A DNA stretch of 63,770 bases, filler included, from Chiloscyllium plagiosum (lineage: Eukaryota): NCBI RefSeq assembly GCF_004010195.1. It is 5 parts of one record of this genome, joined end to end, with 100 filler letters (N's around TTAATTAATTAA, not from the genome) between each part and the next. Parts side by side here need not be neighbours in the genome. Positions count along the whole stretch, not along the records: positions 38,007 to 57,591 come from NC_057716.1; 4 more parts are not named here. One strand, written 5' to 3'. Positions 38,836 through 52,152 of this stretch are shown piece after piece; the first letter of the stretch is position 1, and the number at the start of each line of letters is the position of its first letter. The notes below the pieces were generated by a model. The model made no database searches. It was not told the origin of the DNA and was given only the letters and a program-made list of their open reading frames with translations. A program made the position numbers and the translations under genes.

Positions 38836-39990
38836 GTCTACATGGGCTTTAGCAAGGCTTTTTACAAGGTACTGCATCGTAGACTGGTCAGTACAGTTAG
38901 ATCATATGAGATCCAGGGAGAGCTAGCCAACTGGATATGAAATTGATTTGACTGTAGGAGACAGAGGATGGTGGTGAAGGGTTGTTTTGCGGAGGTTTGT
39001 GACCAGCAGTGTTCTGCGGGGATTGGTGCTGGGTCCACTGTTTGCCCTTTATATAAAATGATTTTGATGAGAATAAAGGAAGAATGGTTAGTGAATTTGC
39101 GGATAACACCTAAATTAGTGGTATAGTGAATAGTGAAGAATATTTTTAAGAGTAAGTGGGATCTTGATCAATTGGCCAATGGGAGTTTAATTTGGATAAA
39201 TGCGAGATGTTGCATTTTGGTAAGATGAACTGAAGCAGGATTTACACAGTTAATGGTAGAGCCCTGGTTAGTGTTTTCAACAGAGAGACCTCGAGGTTCA
39301 GGTACATAATTCCTTGAAAGTGGCATCACAGGTAGACAGGGTGGTGAAGAATTGAATTGAATTTATTGTCACGTGTATCGAGGCACAGTGAAAAGCTTTG
39401 TCTTGTGAGCAGTACAAAGTGTTTGACACACTTGCCTTCATTGATCAGAGCATTGAGTATAGGAGTTGGAACATCATGTTGAGGCTGTATAGGACATTGG
39501 AGTACTGTGTGCAGTTTTGGGTGCTCTGCTATTGAAAGGAAATTGGAAAGGATGCAGAAAAGATTTGCAAAGTCTGCAGGCTTTGAGTTAGAGGGAGAGC
39601 CTGGATAGGCAGGGACTTTTTTTCTTGGAGCATAGGAAGTTGAAAGGTGACCTTATAGAAGTTTATAAAATCATGAGAGGCATAGATAAGGTGAACAGCC
39701 AGGGTAGGGAAGTTCAAAACTAAAGGGCATAGTTTTAAATTGAGTGGGAAAGATTTAAAAGGGACCTGAATGCAACCTTTTCACATAGAGGGAGGTGCAT
39801 ACATGGAATGAGGAAGTGGTAGAGGTAGGTACAATTACAACTTTTAAAAGTAATTTGGTCAGGTGCATGAATAGGATACTTTTAAAGGGATATGGGCCAA
39901 ACACAGGCAAATGGGGCTAGTTTAGTTTGGAGAAACTGGTCGGCATGGACGAGTTGGACTGAAGGATGTGTTTCCATGCTGCATGACTAT
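38836..39990 (+). mobile_element. CR1 LINE 3' part (degenerate RT)
   Basis: FSKAFYKV, LVLGPLF, EFADNT and LKGDLIEVYKIM remnants; gtcggcatggacgagttgg tail. Confidence 0.88.
39349..39416 (-). mobile_element. Short LINE 3' tail (Rex1/Babar-like) nested in CR1
   Basis: Minus strand cttttcactgtgcctcgatacacgtgacaataaa followed by (ttcaa)n; interrupts CR1 gtggtgaaga|aagtgttt (compare uninterrupted 44580-44620). Confidence 0.6.
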
Positions 39991-40859
39991 TTCTTAAGTG
40001 AAAATTATGTTTAATTAACTTTCTGGAATTCTTTGAAGAAGTAATAGCATGTATTAATGCAGTTAATGTTGCTGATGTCGTTGTACAGTCTTCCAAATTG
40101 TATCCGATACAATGCTGCATGACACAGTTCTGAGAAAGGTTATACTCATGGAATAAAAGTAACATATGCAATGTGGGTGCAAAATTGGTTGAATGACTGG
40201 AAACGGAAAGTAATAGCTAATCGATATTTTTCAGGTTAGGTGACATTTTGGGGCTCTTGCTTTTTCTGATGTTATGATCAACACCGATGTTATTTCCTAA
40301 CTCTTCTGAACTTCCCTTTCTCCAGGTGAAATTATTTCTTAAATTCAACTTCAACTAAGGCTTCTGTGAACTTAAATTTTTTAAAAAATTGTAAATTATG
40401 GATGATTTGCAAATGCAAACAAAAAATTAATTCTGTATCTTTCTAACTTAAAGCTAGCTAATGTTCATAAAGCTCTCTCAGTGTCAACAAGTTCCCATTA
40501 GCACTGCAGGGACCATCTCTCAAATTGGTGGTAAAAAAAAGGGCTCCAGAAATACTTACAAGTTAATCATTAACTCCCCTCAAACACACAGACTAAAACC
40601 CACATTCCATAAGGTAAACTCTAAGCTCTAAAATAAATGATATGAATACATATATATATTATATATATCACAAATCATCTATGTCACACTGATTTATATT
40701 AATGCCTAGCCTGTTTAACATTTCCTTGTAATGCAGCCTGCCCAATTAAGGTATTAGTCTCGAAAACCCTTCTCTTAGCTGCTTCCAAAACATTTACATC
40801 CTTCCTTAATAAGGTGAACAATCCTGTAAACTGTACTTTAAAACAACATTGGTTGTAGA

Positions 40860-41880
40860 TAAAGTTCAATCTCCACACTCCATGAATATTTCAATGTGAA
40901 GAAGTATGAAGTGAGATATTTTGGGAGAAAGAACATGGAGATACTGTGTAAACTAAAGGTCACTGCTCTAGATGGTGTGCAGAGAGACTCTAGTGTATAT
41001 GTGCATAAGAATTAAAGGTGGTAGAGCAGGTGGTCAACATGGCTAATAAACCATACAGCATGCTTGGCTTTATTAATAGTGGCATAGAGTACAAGAGCAC
41101 ATATCTGTGTGAGATATTAGTTAGATTTCTGCTGGAGTATTTCATCCAGTTCTGGAAGCCACACTTTAGGAAAGATGTGAAAACATCGATGAGAGAGCAG
41201 AGGAGGTTACAAAAGTGGTTCCAGGGATGAGAAACTTCAATTATTAAAATAGATAGGAGAAGTCGGGAATGTTTTTCTTGGAGAGAAGAAGGCAGAAGAG
41301 AGATTTATTTCAAGTTTTTCAAAATGGTGATAAGTTTGGACAGAGCAGACAGAGAGAAACTATTGCCAGTGTTAAAAGAATCAAGAATGAGAGAGCACAA
41401 TGTAAAGTGACTTGCAAAACAAGTAAATGTGATGTGAAAAGTTTCTTCTCACATAGCAAGTGGCTCAAATTTGGAATGGGCAGCACAGTGGCTCAGTGGT
41501 TAGTACTGCTGCCTCATAGCACCGGGACCTGGGTTTGATTCTACCTTTGGGAGACTGCAAACTCCACCCATTCTTCTCATGTCTACATAGGCTTCCTCTC
41601 ACAGTCCAAAGATGCGCAGGTTAGCTGGGTTGGCCATGGTTAATACAGCATTATGAGATAGGGCAGAGGGGCTAGGTCTGGGCGGAAAACTCTTTAAAGT
41701 GTTGGTGTGCACTCGTTGAGCCGAATAGCCTATTTCCGTACTGTGGGGATTCTATGTGCTGTTGAACGTACCCAGAAGGCAGGATTAATTAAGACATTGA
41801 GGAGGGCGTTAGATGAATATTTAATTAAAAATGATGAAAGAATAAAGGCAAAGGACAGGAGATTGGCATTAAGTCATGAT
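40860..41880 (+). mobile_element. Old CR1 3' fragment with nested degenerate HE1-like SINE (41478-41755)
   Basis: ORF 41018..41230 MLGFINSGIEYKS..LVRFLLEYFIQFWKPHFRKDV; SINE head gggcagcacagtggctcagtggttag. Confidence 0.8.
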
Positions 41881-42879
41881 CCTCATTTTGAGAGCTAGTA
41901 CAGAAACCACGGGATAAATGGCGTTCTTCTGCACTGTGATTCTGCGATTAGGTAAGCACTCAGGGGAAACGATTTGCAGGATTCTGGGGAGAGAGTAGGA
42001 GAATCGGGCTGACTGTTGTTTTTCAAAGAGGCGACGTTGACACCATGCTTCTGATGACCTTTTCCTTTGTTTTAATAACTCAATGACTTGGACAAAATAC
42101 TGTAGGGCTACTTGGAAACTATACTTCAGTATCTTTGGGAGAGATGAGTAGAAAATGGTGAAACATTTCTCCTTCAGTGACATTAAACAAGTAATCTCCG
42201 AAATATCACTAACACACATCAAACAGTTTCAAGTGAATTGATAAATTGTAATACAATTTCGTCAAAATTGTTTATTTTCTGGAATAAAGCACTTTGAGAC
42301 CGATCTTATATCATGGTCACCGAGTATTTACATCATGACCGATGTTATACACAGCAAAAATAATGAATGGTTAGCTGATTTCTTGGGTCGGTAACGCGGT
42401 TAAAAATGATTTTAATAGCTCTATAAAATTAATCGGGCAATGTCAAGTGTGCTATCTGGGGCTGACAACCATATTTAAAAGTAAAGGGGAGAATTTTGAG
42501 AAAATATGACCAAGCCGTGAAAACTAAATGTATTTGATATACTTCTGCTGTGGTTTGATCCCCGTACAGTACACGTTGTGATGAGGTGAAATTTCCAGCT
42601 GTTCATTGATCTCATTGGAAGGTACTGCGCTGGCTGGCTGGGGTGGTGAGAACTTGTGCTTTGTGGTGCAAGTGGGGCTATCCGTTGTGCGTGCCACGAT
42701 TTATTTCGTATCAGACGTTAATGTATGTTAGACGCGCCGGCGAGGAGCTGCGAGCATCTTTGCTTGAAATGCCTTGTGCAGTGAGAGTGCCGCTCCTGCT
42801 GAGATCGGTCCATGGTTAATTGGTCGGCGGCGGAGTCAGCGGCAGGGAAGGAAGGAAGGGGGCACAGGGCGGAGGGGGG

Positions 42880-42933
42880 GAGAGGAGCGGCGTTTGCGAC
42901 GAGGAGCAGCAGCGGGCAGCCCATTGTCCTCAG
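42880..42933 (+). other. Putative non-coding first exon (start approximate)
   Basis: Lies downstream of CCAAT/GC boxes, contains no ATG, ends at consensus donor CAG|GTGAGC. Confidence 0.5.
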
Positions 42934-43100
42934 GTGAGCGGAGGCTCGTGCCAGCTTGTCTCACCTGTGCGCGTGGCCCGAGACCAGGCAGTCTCCCCAG
43001 GCAACAAAAGGAGTTAGTTATGTCTGCCCCGGGCGGGCTCAGTCTGTGTGTGAACGGTGGTCGTGCTGGATAAGCTGGGGCTGGAAACCTGGTCTGTCTT

Positions 43101-43133
<33 letters not shown>
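43101..43133. repeat. Compound (TG)n(AG)n microsatellite
   Basis: tgtgtgtgtgtgagagagagagagagagagaga. Confidence 0.95.
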
Positions 43134-43135
<2 letters not shown>

Positions 43136-44199
43136 GGGACACATACACACATCGGGAGAGAGGAGATCCCGATTGTGGCGGTTACTGGGCTGAAGGCTTT
43201 GCGAGGATTGAGGGGAAAGGTAGGCCCGAGGTGGGCTGGACCGAGCTTTGTTCACTGGCAGCGCCCACTGCCAGCTCGTGGTTTCTTCCCAAATCCCTCA
43301 TTTCTTTAAAAAAAAAGGAAACATTCTCAGCAGCGGTTTTGTTTGTGATTTTTTTTGAAAAAGGAACGAACTTGCAATCTTCGTTTTCCACTGCACTTTG
43401 GTGGTTTCAAAGCACTGCCCCGTAGAGAGTGTAGCGTTCGTTGCACTCCAGCCATTTTCAAAAAAAAAGACGGGCTGAGTACTTCCTGTGGGTTGGGAAT
43501 GAAGCACAAATAATTAACGGTATATGCTGCTCTTGAAGTACCCGTGCCGCTGCCCTCCGCTTCAAGATAAATACAGCGGTAGAAAGTAGATAAATTAATA
43601 ACATGGGCTGCTGTGGTTTGAAAGGTTTTTGTTGTCAACTGGATGTCTGATATTTCAGGCACTATGCTTGAAAGACTAAACGGAGCAATCTGCATAGATG
43701 ATCTCCATCGTGGGTGTGGAACGTGCATGTTGTGGCCAAAGAAAATGCTTTCTACGTTTAAACAGGTCACTTGTCAAAATCCCAAAGATAAGCAATTTGT
43801 AAATCCCTAATAGGTTGGGGACGGGATTCAGCCCACTGAAAGCACACTGGTCATCATGGAATGCAATATTTTGTACTGCTTAGTCAGCTACATGTTGGAG
43901 CAGTAGTTTGCAGGGTTATTTGGAACAGCGAGAGCAAAACCCTGCCCCACTCATAGCTTATTCCTTCATTGTTCCCATCAAATATCTGACATATTTGGTT
44001 AGAGATGGTACACAAGATGTTTTAGTCACATAGACTTGGTTCATTTGGTCAGAATACTAGTCTGAGTCAGAAAGCTATAGGTTTTGGATTCACTGCATGG
44101 GATTTTACATATTATTTAACACTTAAAAATAGAGAAATTGTATGTTATTATGCAAATATTTAGCTGTTGCTTTAATTGAGACATTTGTCTGCTTTATAC

Positions 44200-45205
44200 G
44201 GAGGGTGGTGATGAGGGTTGTTTGTCTGACTAGAGGCCTGTGACTCGGGGTGTTCTGCAAGGTTCATTGCTGGGTCCACTTTTATTTATAATTTATATAA
44301 ACAATTTAGATGAGAATTTAGGAAGCATGCTTATAAGTTTGCAGTGACACCAAAATTAGTGGTACAGTCAACAATGAATAAGGTTATCTTAGATTACAAA
44401 GGAATCTTGATTAATTGGGCCAGTGAGCTGAGAAGTGGCAAATGAAATTTAGTTTGGATAAGTGCGAGGTAACACAAACCAGGGTAGGACTTCTACAGTT
44501 ATTGGGACGTCCCTAGGTAGTGTTCGAGAACAGAGAGACCTAGGGGTTCAGGTACATAGTTCTTTGAAAGTTGCATCACAGGTAGACAGGGTGGTTAAGA
44601 AGATATTCAGCACGCTTGCTTTCATTGCTTAGACTATTGAGTATAGGAATTGGGACGTCATATTGAGGTTGTAAAAGATGTTGGTGAGGCCACTTACGGA
44701 GTACTGTGTACAGTTCCGGTCGTCCTGTCATAGGAAGGATATCATTAAATTGGAGAGGGTTTAGATTTATCTGGATGTTTCCAGGACTGGAGGGTTTGAA
44801 TTATAAGAGAAGCTGGATAGGCTATTCACTCAAGTGCAGGAGGCTAAGCGATGACCTTATAGATGTTAATAAGATCGTGGATGAGGTGAATAGCAAAGGT
44901 CTTTTCCCTAAGGTGGGGTCATTCAAAATTAGGGGGCATATTTTTAAGGTGAGAGGAGTAAGATTTAAAACTGACCTGAGGAGCAACATTTTTACATCAA
45001 GAGTGGTTCATATATGGGGCAAGCTACCAGAAAAAACATTAGAGTTTCAACATTTAGAAGATACTTGGAAAGGTACATGAATAGGAAGGGTTCCGAGGAT
45101 ATGGGCCAAAGGAAGGCAAGTGGGACTAGTCTGCTTTGGGAAACTTGGTCGGCATGGACTTGTTAGACTAAAGGGTCTTTTTCCCTGCTGTTTCACTCTG
45201 TGATG
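44200..45205 (+). mobile_element. CR1 LINE 3' part
   Basis: GVLQGSLLGPL, RRLSDDLIDVNKI and FTSRVVHIWGKLP remnants; ggtcggcatggacttg tail. Confidence 0.88.
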
Positions 45206-45299
45206 TACTAGAACGTTTGGAACAACTTGAAGAGCAGGGACTTCTAGCAACATTTCTTCTGTAAAAGATAAAACTTGATTTGGTTAGTCCATGTGAAAT

Positions 45300-45612
45300 G
45301 TAGCTCAGTGACAGCATTCTCATTTCTGAATCTAAGTGAGTTCAAGTCCCACTTATGATGCACGTATCCTAGGTTGACATTTCTGTGCAGTATGAGGGAA
45401 ATGTTGATGTATCAGATAAGAAATTTGAAACATGGTCATGTATGCTGTCTCAGATGGTCCAACAATTGAGATATATTTCATTGCAGCATTGTGGAAGCCT
45501 GCATGTACAAATTAGCTACTGTTTACCACATTTAAATAGTCACTGTTGCATTTGCTGTAAGGTACTTTCAGACATTGAGACTGAGTGTCTGATATAAACA
45601 TCAGTTATTTTT
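45300..45612 (+). mobile_element. Degenerate tRNA-headed DeuSINE-like element
   Basis: tagctcagtg A box, gagttcaagtccc B box, Deu-like tgtggaagcctgcatgtacaaattagct, L2-like end tgatataaacatcag. Confidence 0.55.
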
Positions 45613-48077
45613 CCTATTCTTTCTTGTCCTGGGCAGTCTTTGTCTTGTTATTTCCTCAAATTAAAAAATTTCAGGATTTGTTTGTTTTAATTTTCATTTT
45701 CATTTGAGCATAACAGTGACAAGCAAGTCATAATAAAGTCTGAATGTAATGCAACTAACTGACAGAACTAGGCCAAGGATATAATGTTTTGAGACAAACC
45801 AGCTTTATTGTATATAAGAATTAACTGAAGCATTATTAACATAATGATGTAGTTTATGATGATGCTGTGGTCTACTTTTTATTTCACTATACCCACCTAA
45901 AAAAATCTTTCGTATTAAAGAATCTTAAAAGTTCAGCCATGTTTAGAATCAAACAATCATAGAATCCCTACAATGTGGAAACAGGCTATTCAGCCAAACA
46001 AGTCCACACAGTGGAAACTGGGTGCATTACCTCCGCTATGGACACTATTTAGATTTAGTCGTCTTCCTTTTTGATTTTTGTCGTTGAAACCTTGTTATTG
46101 ACACTTTGCTCCATTGGTAAAAGATTTATTTATCTAAAAATTTATGGTTGGATTCTTCACTGGGTGCGAGTTGGGTTCAGGACAGAAAAAAACTAGGAAT
46201 GAATGGCATTTGTGCTAAACCATAAATTAACAATAAAATCCTTTATTTATTTCTTACTTGACATGGGAAATTGATGGGTAAAACAGTTGAACCTCATTGT
46301 TCAACTGTCCCCACTTCCAGTTCTAACCTACTGTATAATTATAGACTACCTTTTCAAATGTAACAAACCTAGTCTTGGTTAAATTGTATTAATCAGTTTC
46401 TCAATCTGGTGCTTTTATTTATTGCTAATTCAAACTTTAATTCCAAAAATTGAAGTTCTATTATAAATATGAGAAATTATGGACCAGACATTCACAAAAC
46501 AGGATGGAACACCTGAGATACTTACTAAATCTTAAACACAAAAAAAACTTAATGGGTCCATTTCATTCCAAGTGCAAACTTTATTTTAACACACTATCAT
46601 AATTTTCAGATATTTTTATCATTATTCTATAGATTGAATTTTATGACTATTCTTGAAAATGATAAGTTAGTGAGTTTGCTTGATGGAATTAATTCTGACA
46701 TTAAATTAATTATTATTGTCCTAAAGGACAAGAGTTGACGTGTTCCAACAAATCTAACACCTGTTAGGGAAGATGATATGACTGTTTGTTTATTTTTGAA
46801 GTGCTGCAAAAGTTTTGGACATGTTGAACACTTGATTGCTTATTTAGGTAACCCTTTTCATTTTGTATGCATATAAGAAGGATTGCGTCAATATATTTAA
46901 TACATATCTAATTTTCAAAATAATATATGATGTATGAAACTATTGCATTTAAGATGTTTACTCACTTAGAGCTAATACACAGAAACTACGTTTGAAATTG
47001 TGATTGTAAAGGACCAAAGTATTAGCAGTGCACCTTTTGAAAATAATTTGGATTTGATTCAGTTAATGCACCAAATCACTTAAGTGTTTCTCTAGTGACA
47101 TTCCTTATTCTCAAAATCATTGATTACAGCCTGTCTTTGTCAGCAGATAGTTTGTGTAGCAGCAATTCTCCGGTGCAGAGCAAGGTTGCACCATCAAATC
47201 AATGATGTCAGGCATATTTTATTTGGGGAATACAAAAAAGTTGGTGTCACGGCTGAATTTAGACATACATCAATAACAAGAAAATCAAAAAGATGTTGGT
47301 AGCCGTCTTTAATTGTTTTGGCTATCCCTTTGTTAAAATTGATTTGCAAATTTTCTTCTTAATACATACTTCTTTAGCTAGTCTAGATAGACTTGGAAAA
47401 TAGTTGCTGTAAGATATAATCTGTATTGTGCTTGGAAAAACCATTAATTAAATGACTGTTCTGCAGTACAAATTGCTGGTAGTCTTAGGCATAGCTCTGT
47501 GATATTGTAGCTACATTATTTTTTGTAGAAAATGCCTTGTGTGCAATATATTTAAATGTGTGTATATTTACTGAACAAACGTCTACCAACATATACTGCA
47601 AAACCTTACATTGCAGTCTTTCTCAATGAACATTTGAATTCTGCCATGAGTGTCTCAGACAATCTGTCTTAGGGTATCTTGAGACTTGTCCAACTGATAC
47701 TTTGAGTTCATCAGTAATCTGGGAACGTTGTATCTTTTAACTTAGACTATATGTTGACTTTCACTTTAATGCTTCCACTTCTTTGCATAATGGTGTAAGA
47801 TTTGTAGATCTCCAATCCTTATTTTCTAGGGCTCAGGGATTGAGGAATTGGAGTATTGAGGAATTCATGTGCCCCTAATTATCCAGAAAAATGCTCCCTG
47901 TTTATGACACTCCAGGCTCAGTACCTCTGCCCAAAGGAACACTACTGAGTTTATTTGCCCTCAAAGAGAGCTACTTGTAATAGATTCTTATCACATCCTT
48001 CTCCAGCATGGAAGCAAATGTTAAATTGGTATTTACTCGCATGCTCAAATTCCCTTTAGAAAGCTTTCTTACTTTGT

Positions 48078-49390
48078 TTCATTCATTCATGGAACGTGGC
48101 TGTTACTCGGTGGCCAGTATTTATTGCCCATCCCTAAGTTGCCCTTGAGAAGGTGGTGGTAAATTGCCTTCTTGATCTGCTGCATTCCACATGCTGTCAG
48201 TTAACCCACAATGCCACAGGGGAAGGAATTCTGCGATTTTTACCCACTGTCATTGAAGGAACGATGATATATTTCCAAGTCAGAATGGTGAGAGGCATGT
48301 AAGAGAACTTGTGGGTTCCCATGTATCTGCTACTCTTGTCCTTCTAGATGGAAGTCTTCATGGCTTTGGGACAGATCCTATTTAAGAATCCTTGAATTTT
48401 AATATCTTATATTAAAATTATCTATATTTTATATGCTGTTCCTGAGTGTGTTGTAGAGGGAGTGGTGTGGTACCAATCAAGTGGGCTGTCTTGTCATAGA
48501 GTCATAGAGATGAACAGCACAGAAACAGACCCTTTGTTCCAATCTGTCCATGCTGACCAGATATCCCAACCCAATCTAGTCCCACCTACCAGCACCCGGC
48601 TCATATCCCTCAAACCCTTCCTATTCATATACCCATCCAAATGCCTTTTAAATGTGGTTGAAGCTGTACACTTTGAGGCAAGTGGGGAGTAATCCAAAAC
48701 CCTTCCGAATTGTGCTTTGTAGATGTTAGGCTTTGGGGAGTCAGGAGGTGAATTACTTGCTGTATTTTTCCTAGTCTCTGTCCTGCTCTTGAAGCCACTG
48801 CTTATGTGGGAAGATTTTACAAATCCAGGGGAGTTTTTATGAATCCAGTTGAGTTTCTGGTCAATTGTCACCCTCAGGAAGTTGATACTGGGGGATTCAG
48901 TGATGGTAATGCCATTGACTGTCAAGAGGCAGTGTTTGGTTTGTCTCTTATTGGACATCGTCATCACCTGGCACTTGTGTGGCATGGAAGTTACTAGCCA
49001 CTTATCAGTCCAAGACTAGATATTGTCTAGATCTTGTAGCATTTGAAAATGGACTGCTTTGGTAACTGAGGAACTGGGAATGGTGCTGAACATTGTGCAA
49101 TCATTGGCAAAATCCCCTCTTTTGACCTTGTGATGAAGGGAAAGTTATTGATGAAGCAGCTGAAGATGGTTGGACCTAGGGCACTACCCTGAGAAACCCC
49201 TGAAGTGATGTCTTGAACTGAGATGACTGACTTCCAACAACTACAACCATCTTCCTATGCTCCAGGTATGACTCCAACCAGTGGAGAGTTGGCCCCCAAT
49301 ACCCATTACTTCCAGTTTTGCTGGGACTCCTTGGCATCAAGGCCACATTCAACTGAGTAGAGCACCGAGAGCTGTCACTCTCCCCTCACC
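48078..49390 (-). mobile_element. CR1-type LINE with (ttca)n tail and a nested second CR1 tail at 48494-48655
   Basis: ORF 48494..48985 PHKCQVMTMSNKR..ITESPSINFLRVTIDQKLNW; ttcattcattcat tail. Confidence 0.85.
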
Positions 49391-49399
49391 ACAATGAAA

Positions 49400-50400
49400 T
49401 AGAACCTTTTATGAGACCACACCCAGAGTATTATGTGCAATTTTGTTGGTCTTAACTAACAAAATATATATTTGGTCAGATGGATTACAATGAAGGTTCA
49501 CCAAACTAATTCCTGAGATGGAGGAATTGTTCTGTCAGATTAATAGACTGGCCTGTATTGTTTAGAGGTTAAAAGAATGAGAGGTAATCAGACATACAAA
49601 GTTCTTACAGGGGTTCACAAGCTAGATCCAGGAAGGGTGTTTCCCTGGTTGTGTGCCTAAAACCAGGGAATAAGGTTGATCACTAAGGGCAGGCCATTAA
49701 TAGAGACTGAGTTTTTATAGTATGGAAGGAGGCCCATCGACCAATTTAGTCCATACTGGCAACCTTTCTAGGAAGAGCTGAGGAGTTTCTTTACCCAGAG
49801 TCATGGAGATGTACAGCACGGAAACAGACCCTTTTGTCCAACTTGTCCATGCTGACCAGATACGCTAATCTAATCTAGTCCCATTTGGCAGCAATTGGCC
49901 CATATCCCTCTAAATCCTTCCTATTCATATACACATCCAGATGCCTTTTAAATGTTGTCATTGTACCAGCCTCCACCACTACCTCTGGCAGATCATTCCA
50001 TACATGCAGCACCCTCTGCATGAAACAGTTGTCCCTTAGGTCCCTTTTAAATTTTTCCCCCCTCACCCTAAAGCTATGCCATCTAGTTCTGGACTCTCCC
50101 CACAACATGGAAAATACCTCATCTGTTTACCCTAACCATACCCCTCATGATCTTATAAACCTCTGTAAGGCCACCCCTCAGTCTCCAACACTCCAGGGAA
50201 AACAGCTCTGGCCTATTCAGCCTCTCCCTGTAGCTCAAATGGGGGGTGAATCTTTTGGAATTCATTGTGGAAGCTTTGTCCTTGATTTTGTTCATGTATG
50301 CAATTGATAGATTTTTACATATTAAAATATCAGTGGATACAGAGAATGTATGGGAGAGTTGTATTGAAGTACAATATCATCCATGAGCTCACTGAATTAC
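49400..50400. mobile_element. Old + strand CR1 with nested minus-strand CR1 3' end (49798-50240)
   Basis: ORF 49875..50108 SRTRWHSFRVRGEKFKRDLRDNCFMQRVLHVWNDLP. Confidence 0.8.
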
Positions 50401-51047
50401 AAACTTAAGTTTGAAGAATTAAATGGATTGCTCTTTTGCCCCTCATTTTTTTGTTTGTCTTATGTGATGATGCGCCACTGCATGTGGAACTTCAAGGTCT
50501 GCAGAGTAGAAAAAAAATTGATGAGGCCCAACCGTGATGAACCCACCTGCATCGATGAGCCATGTCCCAGCTTTGGATGAGGAAAATCTCTCCAGTGTTT
50601 AACCAGGACTGGGCTGCAACATATTGTTCCCTCGCTGCAATTAACCTTGTGAGAAATACAAAGGTGGTCATGTGAACTTCGACTATACCAGTTATAGTCT
50701 CAGCACCACCAACCTAACAGATCAGTGGTTGTAGAGACACAATGATCATTAACCAGTGGTGATCTGTATGCCCTTTACCTGTAGATTGAGTGATCAAATG
50801 ACCTTGCCTTGGATAAAACTTTTTCCGTTATTCCCCGTAGCTGGTACGATGGCACCCTTGCAGTCTCCGGCTGTGTCTGCTTTGTGATCAGTGTGTGTTG
50901 TTGTGGTACCCTGTCACCATTTTGACTCATCTGTCCGGAATTATGCACTTTTTTCGACAGCGTGTAGAGAGTCAAAACTTTGCTACCCTTTCTCACCTAT
51001 TTCAGCTCGATGTCATTGTGTTCTTTACTGATGCTGTCGTCCTCAAT

Positions 51048-51358
51048 GGGCGGCACGGTGGCACAGTGGTTAGCACTGCTGCCTCGCAGCGCCAGAGACC
51101 CGGGTTCAATTCCCGACTCAGGCGACTGACTGTGTGGAGTTTGCACGTTCTCCCCGTGTCTGCGTGGGTTTCCTCCGGGGGCTCCGGTTTCCTCCCACAG
51201 TCCAAAGATGTGCAAGTCAGGTGAATTGGCCATGCTAAATTGCCCGTAGTGTTAGGTAAAGGGGTAAATGTAGGGGTATGGGTGGGTTACGCTTCGGCGG
51301 GTCGGTGTGGACTTGTTGGGCCGAAGGGCCTGTTTCCACACTGTAAGTAATCTAATCT
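51048..51358 (+). mobile_element. HE1-type V-SINE, full length, young
   Basis: gggcggcacggtggcacagtggttagc; B box ggttcaattcc; CpGs retained; taagtaatctaatct tail. Confidence 0.95.
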
Positions 51359-51614
51359 TAATGCTGCACCATGTATAAGAGTTTTTGTCATCTTTGTGAT
51401 GCAATTGTCCACTTGCTCTGGCAGTATAAAGGAGACGTATGGACATTCAGTCTGCTTAGCTCATATGCATTTTGCTCTACAATTTTAAAGACCTGTCACT
51501 TGGGTATCACTTGTCACTCTCTTTTCCAGACTTCCCAATCATTGAAGTGCTCAATGTTCAAGCCACCTTTGCTGCTGACTCCTGTGCCCAACTCCATTCA
51601 TTTTCAGAATACTG

Positions 51615-52152
51615 AGTCCAATTTTGGGTAGTTCACCTCAGGAAGGATATACTGGCACTGGAGCATATACAGCGGAGATTCACACGGATGATCCGTGGAA
51701 TGGTAGACCTAACATAGGATGAACGGCTGAGGATCCTGGAATTGTATTTATTAGAGTTCAGAAAGTTATGGGGAGATTTGATAGGAACTTACAAGATAAT
51801 GCATGGCTTAGGAAGGGTGGACGCTGGGAAGTTGTTTCCGTTAGGCGGGGAAACTAGGACCCATGGGCATAGCGTTAGAATTAGATGGGGTCAATTTAGA
51901 ATGGGAATGATGATGCATTTCTTCAGCCAGAGAGTGGTGGGTCTGTGGAATTCATTGCCACGGAGCGTAGTGGAGCCCGGGATGTCAAATGTCTTCAAGA
52001 CAGAGTTTGATAAATCTTTGATCTAGCAAGGAATTAAGGACTACGGGGAGAGTGCAGGTAAGTGGAGTTGAAATTCTCATCAGCCATGATTGAATGGCAG
52101 AGTGGAATTGATGGGCCAAATGGCCTTACTTCCACTCCTATGTTTTATGTCT
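51615..52152 (+). mobile_element. CR1 LINE 3' end (same family as 8858-9298)
   Basis: ORF 51742..52026 GDLIGTYKIMHGL..FFSQRVVGLWNSLP. Confidence 0.9.

Larger units (their letters stand above)
42700..43600 (+). promoter_or_regulatory. CpG/GC-rich island, probable promoter of an unidentified gene
   Basis: Only non-repeat CpG-dense stretch in the window; reverse CCAAT (attgg 42819-42823), GC box gggcgg 42867-42872, donor CAG|GTGAGC at 42933/42934. Confidence 0.75.

Noticed and set aside
42718..43770. Overlapping ORFs over the CpG island
   Set aside because: Stop-poor GC-rich and microsatellite sequence on both strands, no protein motif
46283..46308. 10-bp hairpin acagttgaac/gttcaactgt
   Set aside because: Isolated, with no supporting context
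51048..51120. tRNA gene (also 11481 and 22400-22476)
   Set aside because: A/B boxes belong to tRNA-derived SINE heads followed by V-domain and LINE-like tail
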